Assembly: GCA_964505065.1 (NCBI GenBank) | Contig: CAZDGF010000004.1 | Location: 9,011 to 73,010 of the forward strand | Length of the DNA stretch: 64,000 nt | Direction: 5' to 3' | Origin: an uncultured Chitinophaga sp. | GTDB lineage: Bacteria; Bacteroidota; Bacteroidia; NS11-12g; UBA955 | In this document: positions 39,536-50,035 of the stretch, one piece after another | How the letters are laid out: every line of letters begins with the position of its first letter | Numbering within the stretch: position 1 is the first letter of the stretch | Notes under the pieces: model-generated | What the model was told of the DNA's origin: nothing | What the model saw: the letters and a program-made list of their open reading frames with translations, nothing else | The model's database searches: none | Made by a program: the position numbers and the translations under genes

Positions 39536-39701
39536 CCCTTTTACTCTTATCATTTTTATTGTACAAAAATGATTTTAAAATATCATTTTTGACTTACCTA
39601 TTGTTTATTTCAAATATTTCATTATATATTTGTAAAACCAAAACCATATAATTATGAAATTAATACTACAAAATTTGCTATCGAATATGTTCGATAAAAA
39701 A

Positions 39702-41271
39702 ATGGGGGGGCAATTTTAATCCTTTGCATTTTGCTTATTTCATCCACAAAAGTATTTGCTACAGAGGTTTACAAAAGCCGAGTAGCTACTGCCAATCAAT
39801 TTAAAAATTACAGTATGTGTAGAAGTAATTATAACGATGGTTTTATATATTGTGGCAATATAAAAAATTCTAATGGAGTAGATAAAATACATATATTAAG
39901 AACCGATAACCAGTTTAATACCATTTGGAGCTATATGTACGAAACAGGCGGTTCACTTAGTTTAAATTCTACTAAAATTGTTGGTAAAGTAGCCAATGAA
40001 TATTGGATAAGCGGTTATATAGGCACTACCACCTCTGCCGCTATTGATAAAAAACCATTTATTATGAAAATAGATGATAACGGCAACCAACTGAACCATA
40101 CCTTTGGCGGTAATGCTTTGCCAGGAACAGGACAAGAAAACTATGGTGTATTTTTAGATGTAGAACCTACTGCCGATGGCGGCTGTGTAGCAGTACGCTA
40201 TTATGGTAATACCACAGGCGAAACTGGGAGTTTTCCAGATAAACGAGGTGTTATTATGAAATTTAGCTCAACATTGGCTTTGCAATGGACAAATAGCTAC
40301 CACGATACAGGGCATAACCACTCTCCCGATGGTCTATATTACGATGTAGCAGAAAATGTAATAGTAGTAGGCAATGAGTATTTTGTTACAGGGTCTATAA
40401 GCTATAAATATTACGAATGGGATATAAATAATCAGCGTTGGATTTATGATAGAACACATCCAAGTTTTTTTTATGCTAAATTTGATGCCAGTGGCAATAA
40501 CAGTTATGCAAGGTCAAGATATATGGATGCCTCTGCTTTTAATGCTTGCTACGATGCAAGTACAGGAAATGATTTATTATTGGAAAAGAAGATATTCAAG
40601 GTTCCAGTACCGTTGAAACTTCACTTATTGCCTCTGTTTCATTTGCAAGTGGCACTTTAAATAATTTAAGGCGATTTGTTGCACAAAATCCATCTAATTT
40701 TCCATTTCCACATTTGCCTACGCCATATAAAATTTTATTAGAAGGCGATGAATTGTATATTTATGGTTATGTACGCTCATTCTATTTAAATGGTTCTACA
40801 ACATCAGAAGATATAATGATACCATTTAGATTGGAATTAAATAAAACCAACTACGCAATAAATAGTTTTGTAATTAATCATACAGATATTAATGCCACTG
40901 ATGGCTACCCCAGTCAAGACATTGGTTTTTTGAACGCTACAATGGGTTCGATTTCAGCCTCCTTTCAATCTAATCATTCTGCTATTTATGCGCCCGAAAT
41001 GGCATGCCATTACAGAGATGCTGAAAATAATTTACAATGGGCTATGATAGGCTATTTTGATAGAGCAGGTGGAGCGCCATTAGATTTTGAATTGCATTGC
41101 TTAAGTTCTGAACAAGTAGAGTGCAATCCTTTGGATAGAACAATGGTTTTTGATGACCCTTTAACACTTATTAATGACCCTCCTAAAATACTACCCATAG
41201 GCGATTGCAATTATATATCAGGTGCTATTGTGCGCTCTACTATATCTCTTAACGATAATAGTTGTAATTAA
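39702..41271 (+). pseudogene. Disrupted/phase-variable secreted surface-protein gene: ATG followed by G7 tract puts signal peptide out of frame; internal -1 frame break at ~40573-40660
   Basis: With one extra G the ATG (39702) reads MGGGAILILCILLISSTKVFA... in frame with ORF 39731..40660; ORF 40573(40714)..41271 continues in -1 frame with 88-bp overlap. Confidence 0.5.
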
Positions 41272-41327
41272 ATTTTCACGCTTTTTTATTTTTTTAGATA
41301 TTTTGAAAAAAATACTATTCGTACTAT

Positions 41328-44300
41328 CAATGGTGGTGGAAATATTTCAATGCTATTCAACTAACAATAAAGGAGTTTTATATGGGCCTTCCTCCAGAGT
41401 AGATTACCAATCAGAATACGAATGGCTAAGCCCTACAAAACTTAAATTTCATTTTTATGTTTATAGATTAAATTATGCTTCAAGTATAGGCTCGATTATT
41501 TATCCTGATACAGCTTATATATATTTGCGTTATGATGGGAATTTATGGAGTGAAGCTATTTTTATGATAAAAGATAGTACCATTAGCCACCCTAATAAGT
41601 TATGCAATCCTACAACAGATGAATGTTATACCACATTTTGTAATCAACAATATAATATAAATATAACAAATCAGAAAAGTATTTTCCGTTACACTGGAAT
41701 TATAGATTTTAATCAAACCAATATCAAAGATACTCTTAATAAATGGGGTGCATGTATGGTAGATATAGGATTTAGAGGCAATTATGACGATGTTTATAAT
41801 AATATTACTTCAAATAGTAGTAATAAAAACAATTATTTTTGTTATTTTAGTATCAATAGGTGTTTTAAATGGAAAATAGGTGATAAATCACCAATACCAC
41901 GCTTATTTCATACATTCAATCATATGAATTGGTTTGACAAAGGCTTGCAACAAATGGATTTTGGTAGTAATACAGACAACTTTGATAGCGTTAATTATGA
42001 GTTAGAGTTACCAAAAGGGGGTAATTATAGCTATAAAAGTCCTTACTCTAAAAATTATTATATTGAAGGCTATTGTTCGGGTGTAGAGCCTTGTAGTGCC
42101 CGACCAAAACTTAACCCACCAAGGGGTTTTTATTTAAGCCCCTTAACAGGTATTACTACAAGGTATTTTAATAGTTCGCAATTTATTCCCTACCCATTGT
42201 TTTATATTGAAACAAAACTATTTAAAAAAGATAGTAATAAAAATATGCAACAAGTAGCTTTGCTTAGTAGAGCTCAAACAACTTTTGTTTTTAATGATGT
42301 AAATGGCAATGGTAAATATGTAACACCCGACAAAAAACTAAACACCCGAGTAGAAATAGAAAACCTACCGCTATACCGCTACCCATGCGAGGAAGTGGCA
42401 GATACCCTTAGCTTTAATATGCGTGATACTTTAGCCATAAACCAAACCGCTAAAGATACCATAGATTATAATTTTATAAATACCCTGCCCAGTAGCACCA
42501 TAGCCATAAATACCAAAGCCAGCAATTTGGTGGAGGCTAAAATACAATGGACAGCCCCTGCCAATAGCCATTTAAAAAATCCATATATATTTAATGTATA
42601 TGCTACCGAAGTGCGTTGCAATAAAAATAAACGAGAGGTTTTTCGCTCGGTAGAGTATAATGTAATACCCACCCCACGCTATACCATAACAATAGATACC
42701 ACCAAATGTGGGTTTATAAAATTTAAAGTAAATATAGCCACTATAACAGATTTTAGCTACCAATGGCAAATAAGCAATGGCACTTCCACATACACCAGTA
42801 GCAAATGGAGTGATAGCATAGCCATAAATAAAAAAGGAAAATGGCAGATAAAACTAAGCGTAAAAAATATAGAATATGGCTGCCAAGCCAATAGCACAGA
42901 TTCTATAATAATTAATAATTTACAACTGCTTGCCAATATCAATGCCGCTAAAACAGTATTCTGCCCTTTAGATTCTTTGCCATTAAACAGCCTAATAAAA
43001 AACAATGAAGGAGCGGTTCAATACCAATGGGCTAAAGGCAATAAGATAATAGGCAATGCAAACAGCATAAGCTTAAGCCAAGCAGGCAGCATAAAACTTA
43101 CCACCACCGATGCCAGAAACTGCAAAGCGCACGATAGCATAAGCATTAAACAATATAGCTCTATTGTATTTAGCCCTATTGCAGATACCACCTTTTGCCA
43201 CAAGCAACCCATAACCCTAAAAAGTCAACAACAAAATATAAACGATACTGCCCTATGGTTGCATAATCAAAGCCAAGCAAATAATCAAGTATTAAGCCAA
43301 GCAGCCAATTATATTATACAATATAAAGACAGTAACAATTGCTCGGCAATGGATACCTTTACACTTTCAGAAATAAAAGACTATTACAGCCAAATACAAG
43401 TGCAAGACAGCGTATGTAAACACAGCACCCAAATATTAAAGGTAGAAAAAAACAATCTTTATGCTTTTGGTTCTCAACAATGGCTAAATAATGGCACATT
43501 AATAGCAGCTAATACCGATAGTATTAATTATAAATTTACTGCACCTACACAAATAATATTAAACACCCAACTTACCCATCAAGCCAAGCAATGTTTATTT
43601 GCAGATACCTTTAATATAGCCATATATGCTAAACCCAATTATAGCTTACAGTTTATAAAGAAAGATACTTGTCTAAATGGTAATTTAATAGCCATTAAAA
43701 TTGTGAGCAATGAGGCATTTAAAAACCAAACAATAAATTGGGGCAATGGTAATATAGAAAACTTTACTAACCAAGCCCAACAAAGTTATGCCACTTCAGG
43801 TAAATATACCCTGCAAGGCATTTTACATACCACACAAGGCTGCCTCGATACATTTACACAATCTGTAAATATACTACCTTCGCCTAATGCTAATTTTAGC
43901 GTAACAGATACAGCCTTTTGCCTTGGCAAAAGCATTGTAGCAAGTGTAAATACTCAACCTGCCAATGCCCAACAAATAATATTGTGGGGCAATGGCAATA
44001 TAAATGCAGGTGTTAGCAATAGTAATTATAATTATTTGTATAGCAATACAGGTAATTATACTATTAAGCTATTAGCCACATTAAACAATAATTGTGTAGA
44101 TACAGCTATAAAAACAATTATTGTTTACCCAAAGCCAAACACCCAAATACAAGCCAGTAGCTTATGCCTTGGCGACAGCAGTTTTTATCAATATTCAGAA
44201 GCAAATAATTTACCCTTAATAGGGCAACAATGGTTTGAAAATGGTATTGACATAAGCCTCCAAAAAGAAATAAAACTATTTAACAGCGCATTGCGTACAT

Positions 44301-44890
44301 TTACAATTGCATTAAAAACAATATCAAATTACGGATGCTTAAATATAGAAAATAAAACTATAAAAATTGTAGAAAAACCCAAAGCCCAATATACCCACAC
44401 CCGCATAGGTAGAACCGCTAACGGCATAGAACTTTATTTTGTAAACGAAAGTAAAAATAGCAATGCTTGGCTTTGGCGGTTTGGCAGCAATGATAGTTCT
44501 ATAATACAAAATCCAAAATATACCTATGCAGATACAGGGTTTAAAACCATTATCTTAATAGCCAACAATCAAAATACTTGTTATGATACCCTAAAGCAAA
44601 TAATACCCGTATTAGATTTTATAGAGTTTTATTTTCCTACAGCTTTTAGCCCCAATAACAATGGGCTAAATGATGGCTTTGGATTAGCCTTCAACCAACA
44701 TATTTTAGCCAAAGATTACCATATAGAAATATACAACCATTGGGGCGAAAAACTATTTGAAACCAACAATAAAACCGAGCAATGGCTACCAGCCAATGGC
44801 ACACTTGGGGTGTATATTTACAAAGCCCAAGTGCGAGATATTTACAATGTGCTACATGAATATAAAGGGGTGGTGGAGTTGTTAAGGTAA
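41328..44890 (+). CDS. Large T9SS cargo protein with Ig/PKD-like Cys-containing repeats and T9SS type-B (gliding-motility CHU_C-like) C-terminal domain; start uncertain (TTG 41222 alternative), no signal peptide at ATG
   Basis: C-terminus FYFPTAFSPNNNGLNDGFGLAF...IEIYNHWGEKLFET...GVYIYKAQV matches type-B sorting domain pattern (FTPNGDGxND...IYNRWG...). Confidence 0.7.
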
Positions 44891-44940
44891 TCAATCCCAT
44901 TGTCATTTTTTTATGCCAAATGATTAGGTTTTAATAAAAA

Positions 44941-47900
44941 TTGTTTATTTTTACCGAGATGAATACATTTTACTGTAATTTAAAATATTTTCTTTTTGTA
45001 GTATTTATAGGGCTTTCATTGGCTTTAAATGCCCAATATATTGATATTTCTACCGATGAGTATCCCTCTTTTTCTATAGGACCAGCCAATACTACAAGTT
45101 TAGCCAATGCCTATTCACGCTATGCCTATATTTATCCAGAAAGTATGGTAAGCACGCTTAAACATGGCGATACCATTACAAAATTATCTTTTTTAAGGCT
45201 TAATGGTGGCAGTTTTTCGGGCAATGCCAATATGAAATTATACATGCGCACTACCGTAAATACAAGCTATACTGTTAGAAACATTAATTGGGTAAATCAA
45301 AAAAGTGTTACAGGAATGAAAAAAGTATATGATGATAACCCCCATTCGGAAATGGGCAGCCAAGCAGGTTGGGTTACATTTACACTTACAACGCCTTATG
45401 TGGTAGATACCATATTGGGCAAGAACTTTGAATTATTGGCAGAATACGAACAAGGAAGTGCGCAAAATATACCCAACGGTTGGGCAAGCGAGTATAGAGG
45501 TTTTTCTACACATCAAACAAAATACGCCACAACATTTAACGGATTTAGTTTTGATACCACACAATCTACAACAATATGGCATCCCTCTATTCGTATTCAT
45601 TTTCCAAGATATAATAATGATGCAAGGGTTGAAATGGTGTATAGCTTGGGTAAATTGCCTATTCCTTTGGGCAATCCTGATACGGTAAAGGCTATTGTAA
45701 GAAATGTAGGAAAAAAAGATTTGACAAATTTTAAATTTTATTTTGAAAGTAAGGGTAAAAATAAACACAAAGATTCTATCAATATCAATATAATAAAAGG
45801 GGAGGAGAAACTGATAAATATGCCCAATTATAGCCCTACAAACTTGGGTTTAGATACACTGGTAGTAAAAGTAGCAAATGATGATAATAATGTAATGAAT
45901 GCTGCCCAGTGTTATAGAATATGTACAGAAAATATTTATTCATACAAAGACCCAACATTGCCTATTGCAGGTGGCATAGGGTTTAATGGAACATCTGGCG
46001 ATTTTGTTGCAAAATTTTATTCCTCTTCTGCCAAGGCCATTAACCAAATAAATGTTAGTTTTTCTACTTCAAATATTAAATTCAAATTGGGTATTTGGAA
46101 AGCCGATGGCAAAAATGGCGCACCTAAAACCAATGTATGGACATCAGATTCTTTGTATTCTTCCAATAATTTTACAACACCTGTATTGCCGCCTGTAGCC
46201 ATAGATGGTAGCTTTTATGTGGGTGTTAGGCAAGTAGGTAATACAAATGTGGGTTTTGGTTATCAAGCAGAAGACCCCGTAAGAAACAATACTTTTTATT
46301 ATGCTGCCCCTATGAATGATACTAATTGGGTAGATTTTGCACCAGATGCACCTTTTAAATTTGCTATTGAACCACGCATACAAACCAATAACGATGTAGC
46401 CCCCATTAGTTTAGATAATCCAATAGATACTGTTAAATTAACAAATCTTAAAACCATTGCGCCTAAAGCTACCATATTAAATTATGGGGCATTAAATCAA
46501 ACAACACCTTTTAATGTATCTATGATAATTAGAAGAAACAATACAGTAGAATATAGCTCTACAAAATCGGATACGCTTTGGAGTGGAAGCAAGCGCAGAA
46601 TTACGTTCGATTCTACTTTTTTGCCCACCCAAAGTGGCGATTATGATGTAATGATAATTACACGTTTGGCGAACGATCAAATGAAAGACAACGATACAAT
46701 AAGACGTAAAATTGTTGTAGCCAATTATAAAGATGTAGGGCTTGGTGTTATTTTCGACCCAGCAGGGGGTTCTATTTACGAACAATTTGTAGATACAATT
46801 TACCCAACCATATATGTTCAAAATTTTGGTATGGATAAGCAAGGTCCTTTTGATATTGTAGCTGAAATATATGATGAAAATAACAACAAAATATATGCTG
46901 AAACTACAACAGCCACACTCACGGCTTTAAATAGTGTTATCAAGGCATTTAAGGAGTTTCCTTGTAGCCTGAAAGGCAATTTTAAATTTGTAGCTTATAC
47001 AAAGTTGAACATAGATACTGATAGAAGAAACGATACAGCTATACGTTTTTTTCAAATAATAAGAAGCAATGATGTAGCTTTAACTGAATTGTATTATCCT
47101 TTGAATGGCGTAAGCCTTGCACCGCCTGTGGCAAGCAAGCGTCCAAGTGTTTTAATGGAAAATTTAGGGGGTCTTAATCAAGGCGATGATTTTCCTACCT
47201 ATTGCAGAATATATTATGGCAATACTTTAATATATGCCGATTCAGTAATGCTAAATAGTTTTAGAACCATTCCTTCTACTTTAAGTTTTAAAAATTTTAA
47301 ACCCACACTTAAAGGCTATTACACCATGAAAGTGTTTACAGATTTGCCAACCGACCAATACAGGGCAAACGATACCATTACAAGTAAATTTGCCGTTGGT
47401 GTGCCAGATGATGTTCAAGTATTAGCAATAGCCCCAGTGTTGAATAGTGCTTTAATAGTAAATCAAAAATATGCACCCAAAGTATTGGTAAAAAACAATG
47501 GATTTAATAGCCAAAATACGCCTTTTCCTGTTGTGTTTAAAGTAAGCAAAGGTTTGCAAACATTGTATTTAGATGTAAAAACCACTACCATAGATAGTGG
47601 CGATAGCAAATGGATAACTTTTGATAGTACTTTGGTATTAACAGATACCAATAAGGTAAATGTTTTGGCTTATGCTATATTGCCCAACGATTTTTTTAAA
47701 ACCAATGATACCCTAAAAGGTTGGTACAATGGCAAAACATTGTTTGATGTAAGCGTTTCAGCTATTCAATATCCTGTATTTACAGATACACTGATGGTAA
47801 ATACTGTTGGCATAAAACCAATTTTAACCATTAGCAATATTGGCGATAGCTTGGTAAAAACGAAATTTAAAACTGTTTGTAAAATAACCGATATTGCCAC

Positions 47901-48699
47901 CAATGCACTTATTTATCAGCAAGGTGTAGATACTTTTTTTACAACCTATTTGCCTTTTAATATTGAGTTTCCTGCCATTAGCAAACAGCTAAAAACGATG
48001 AAAGTAAAAGTAGAGGCATACACTACATTGGCTACCGACCAAGATTTGAGCAATGATACAGCTATTAGCTTAAGCCAATACGAACTTTGGTATGATGCGC
48101 AGCCTATAGAAATAAAGCTACCCGAAAATGCTAAAATTTATGATATTACAAATGCTCCTATAAATCCAGTAGTAATAATAAAAAATAATGGAAGTAAACC
48201 ATTCGGGATAACAATTGCAAAAATGGAGATAAAAAAAGTGGTAAACAATACAGAAACAACTGTGTATAGTGCAAACCAAAACACAGTATTATTATTAAAA
48301 AATGAAATGGATACATTAACCTTTGCTCCTTTTAATATTAGCGCTCAAGCACTTGGTAATTATAAAACTTATGTAGCATTATATAACAAGTTTGGTGAAT
48401 CAGATGCCAACGATTCCTTGCAAAATGCCTTTATAATTAACGATAAAACTTCTGTAAATGCAATTGCATTGGCTCAACTTAAAGTATATCCCAATCCTGC
48501 AAACGATTTATTTACCATAGATTTAAAAGATTTAGCTGCATTGCCTAAAATAATTAATGTGTATGATATTGATGGAAAAAATATTTATCAAACAAGCATT
48601 ATAAATACAAAAATGCTTATTAATACTAAAACTTGGGCAAGCGGAACTTATATTCTGGCAGTAGATGATTTGCGTTTAAAAATTGTTGTTCAACATTAG
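44941..48699 (+). CDS. Large secreted T9SS cargo protein (1252 aa), type-A C-terminal sorting domain
   Basis: Signal peptide ...FVVFIGLSLALNAQ; C-terminus LKVYPNPANDLFTIDLKD...IINVYDIDGKNIYQ...SGTYILAVDDLRLKIVVQH. Confidence 0.75.
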   Translation: MFIFTEMNTFYCNLKYFLFVVFIGLSLALNAQYIDISTDEYPSFSIGPANTTSLANAYSRYAYIYPESMVSTLKHGDTITKLSFLRLNGGSFSGNANMKLYMRTTVNTSYTVRNINWVNQKSVTGMKKVYDDNPHSEMGSQAGWVTFTLTTPYVVDTILGKNFELLAEYEQGSAQNIPNGWASEYRGFSTHQTKYATTFNGFSFDTTQSTTIWHPSIRIHFPRYNNDARVEMVYSLGKLPIPLGNPDTVKAIVRNVGKKDLTNFKFYFESKGKNKHKDSININIIKGEEKLINMPNYSPTNLGLDTLVVKVANDDNNVMNAAQCYRICTENIYSYKDPTLPIAGGIGFNGTSGDFVAKFYSSSAKAINQINVSFSTSNIKFKLGIWKADGKNGAPKTNVWTSDSLYSSNNFTTPVLPPVAIDGSFYVGVRQVGNTNVGFGYQAEDPVRNNTFYYAAPMNDTNWVDFAPDAPFKFAIEPRIQTNNDVAPISLDNPIDTVKLTNLKTIAPKATILNYGALNQTTPFNVSMIIRRNNTVEYSSTKSDTLWSGSKRRITFDSTFLPTQSGDYDVMIITRLANDQMKDNDTIRRKIVVANYKDVGLGVIFDPAGGSIYEQFVDTIYPTIYVQNFGMDKQGPFDIVAEIYDENNNKIYAETTTATLTALNSVIKAFKEFPCSLKGNFKFVAYTKLNIDTDRRNDTAIRFFQIIRSNDVALTELYYPLNGVSLAPPVASKRPSVLMENLGGLNQGDDFPTYCRIYYGNTLIYADSVMLNSFRTIPSTLSFKNFKPTLKGYYTMKVFTDLPTDQYRANDTITSKFAVGVPDDVQVLAIAPVLNSALIVNQKYAPKVLVKNNGFNSQNTPFPVVFKVSKGLQTLYLDVKTTTIDSGDSKWITFDSTLVLTDTNKVNVLAYAILPNDFFKTNDTLKGWYNGKTLFDVSVSAIQYPVFTDTLMVNTVGIKPILTISNIGDSLVKTKFKTVCKITDIATNALIYQQGVDTFFTTYLPFNIEFPAISKQLKTMKVKVEAYTTLATDQDLSNDTAISLSQYELWYDAQPIEIKLPENAKIYDITNAPINPVVIIKNNGSKPFGITIAKMEIKKVVNNTETTVYSANQNTVLLLKNEMDTLTFAPFNISAQALGNYKTYVALYNKFGESDANDSLQNAFIINDKTSVNAIALAQLKVYPNPANDLFTIDLKDLAALPKIINVYDIDGKNIYQTSIINTKMLINTKTWASGTYILAVDDLRLKIVVQH

Positions 48700-48723
48700 G
48701 CAAACTTCGCTTATTTTTGCCCT

Positions 48724-49224
48724 ATGCTTCAAGCTATTGTTCAAAATAAAACCATTGCGGTAGATATAAATGGAAATAATGCCATTGTAAATGGCGAAAA
48801 ACAAGTTTTAGATATTTTAAAACTGAATGACGGAAAAAATTTTCATTTGCTATACAAAGAGCATTCGTATTATTTTGAAATAGTAAATTTTGATGCCGAT
48901 ACTAAAATATATACAATTGCCTTTAATGGGCATCAATACCAAGTTGGAATAAAAGATAAATTTGACCAATTGCTGCAAAGCATGGGGCTTGATAAATTAG
49001 TTGCGGCAAAAGTAAACGATGTAAAAGCACCAATGCCTGGCTTGGTATTAAGTATAAAAGTACAAGTGGGCAATACTGTAAAAAAAGGCGATGCCCTTTT
49101 GATATTAGAAGCCATGAAAATGGAAAATATTATAAAAGCACCTACCGATGGCACAATAAAAGCTGTTTTGGTAACTGAAAAACAAGCTGTGGATAAAGGA
49201 CAAGTTTTATTTGTGTTTGAATAA
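48724..49224 (+). CDS. Biotin/lipoyl-attachment protein (biotin carboxyl carrier-like)
   Basis: C-terminal biotinyl domain with EAMKMEN biotinylation motif (GDALLILEAMKMENIIKAPTDGTIKAV). Confidence 0.7.
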   Translation: MLQAIVQNKTIAVDINGNNAIVNGEKQVLDILKLNDGKNFHLLYKEHSYYFEIVNFDADTKIYTIAFNGHQYQVGIKDKFDQLLQSMGLDKLVAAKVNDVKAPMPGLVLSIKVQVGNTVKKGDALLILEAMKMENIIKAPTDGTIKAVLVTEKQAVDKGQVLFVFE

Positions 49225-49279
49225 AGGTGTGGCACGATTTTAGCTCAAAGCATAACAACCAATTAATATATAATACATT

Positions 49280-49897
49280 ATGAAAAAAAATCAATTACTT
49301 ACATTAGCCATAGCATTTGGCTTATTCTTGTCTTCATGTGGCAGCTTATCGGTATCTAAAATGCGTTATACCAAAGGGCTAAACATTGGTGTATTTGCCG
49401 CTAAAGATGCTAAACCTGAAGAAATAAAAGCAAAAAAAGCAGAGAAAAAACAAGTGGAAAGTTCAATTACTAAAGTAAATGAAACTACTCCAAAGCAAGA
49501 AAATATTGCAGTTGTAGAAGTTGTTAAAACTGAACCAAGTGAATTGAATCAAGCAACTTCTGATGCCGCAGCTAATAGTTCGTCAAAAACTATTAGTAAT
49601 GTAAATAATCATTTTTCAAAAAAAGAAATTAAAAAAGCAATAAAAAATATTGCTAAAACAGATGTTGTAAATATGGCGAATAAAGTTGAAGAAATAACAA
49701 ACAAGCCAATGGATACAAATGAAAGTGATACTCCTACAATTTTATTGGTTATTTTATGCTTATTTCCAATATTAGCTTTAGTAGCTATATACTTACATCA
49801 AGGCGAAATTAATTCTAAATTTTGGATAGATTTAATTCTGCATTTCTTACTATTATATTGGCTATACGCTTTACTGGTGGTATTAGATGTTCTTTAA
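49280..49897 (+). CDS. Hypothetical lipoprotein with C-terminal YqaE/Pmp3-like two-helix membrane domain
   Basis: Lipobox LFLSSCGS; Lys/Glu-rich linker; C-terminal ILLVILCLFPILALVAIYLHQGEINSKFWIDLILHFLLLYWLYALLVV resembles UPF0057 pattern. Confidence 0.4.
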   Translation: MKKNQLLTLAIAFGLFLSSCGSLSVSKMRYTKGLNIGVFAAKDAKPEEIKAKKAEKKQVESSITKVNETTPKQENIAVVEVVKTEPSELNQATSDAAANSSSKTISNVNNHFSKKEIKKAIKNIAKTDVVNMANKVEEITNKPMDTNESDTPTILLVILCLFPILALVAIYLHQGEINSKFWIDLILHFLLLYWLYALLVVLDVL

Positions 49898-49920
49898 AAT
49901 AAAACAATAACATATTTAAA

Positions 49921-49953
49921 AGCCAATCAAATTTATTTTTGATTGGCTTTTTT
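49921..49953 (+). terminator. Rho-independent terminator
   Basis: agccaatcaaa-ttattt-tttgattggct stem-loop followed by ttttt. Confidence 0.65.
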
Positions 49954-50035
49954 CATTCTTATTCTTTACAATTTATTAATGTAACTTACTTACATTTGCA
50001 AAAATATTAACAACCAATTAACTTACTTTTTAGCA

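Noticed and set aside
41222-41327. TTG at 41222 giving hydrophobic N-terminus MLLCALLYLLTIIVVIKF... as signal peptide for the type-B CTD protein
   Set aside because: The hydrophobicity is what AT/T-rich DNA translates to (TTT/ATT/TTA), with no positively charged n-region or AxA cleavage site. The region looks intergenic (T6AT7 run). Kept as alternative start only.
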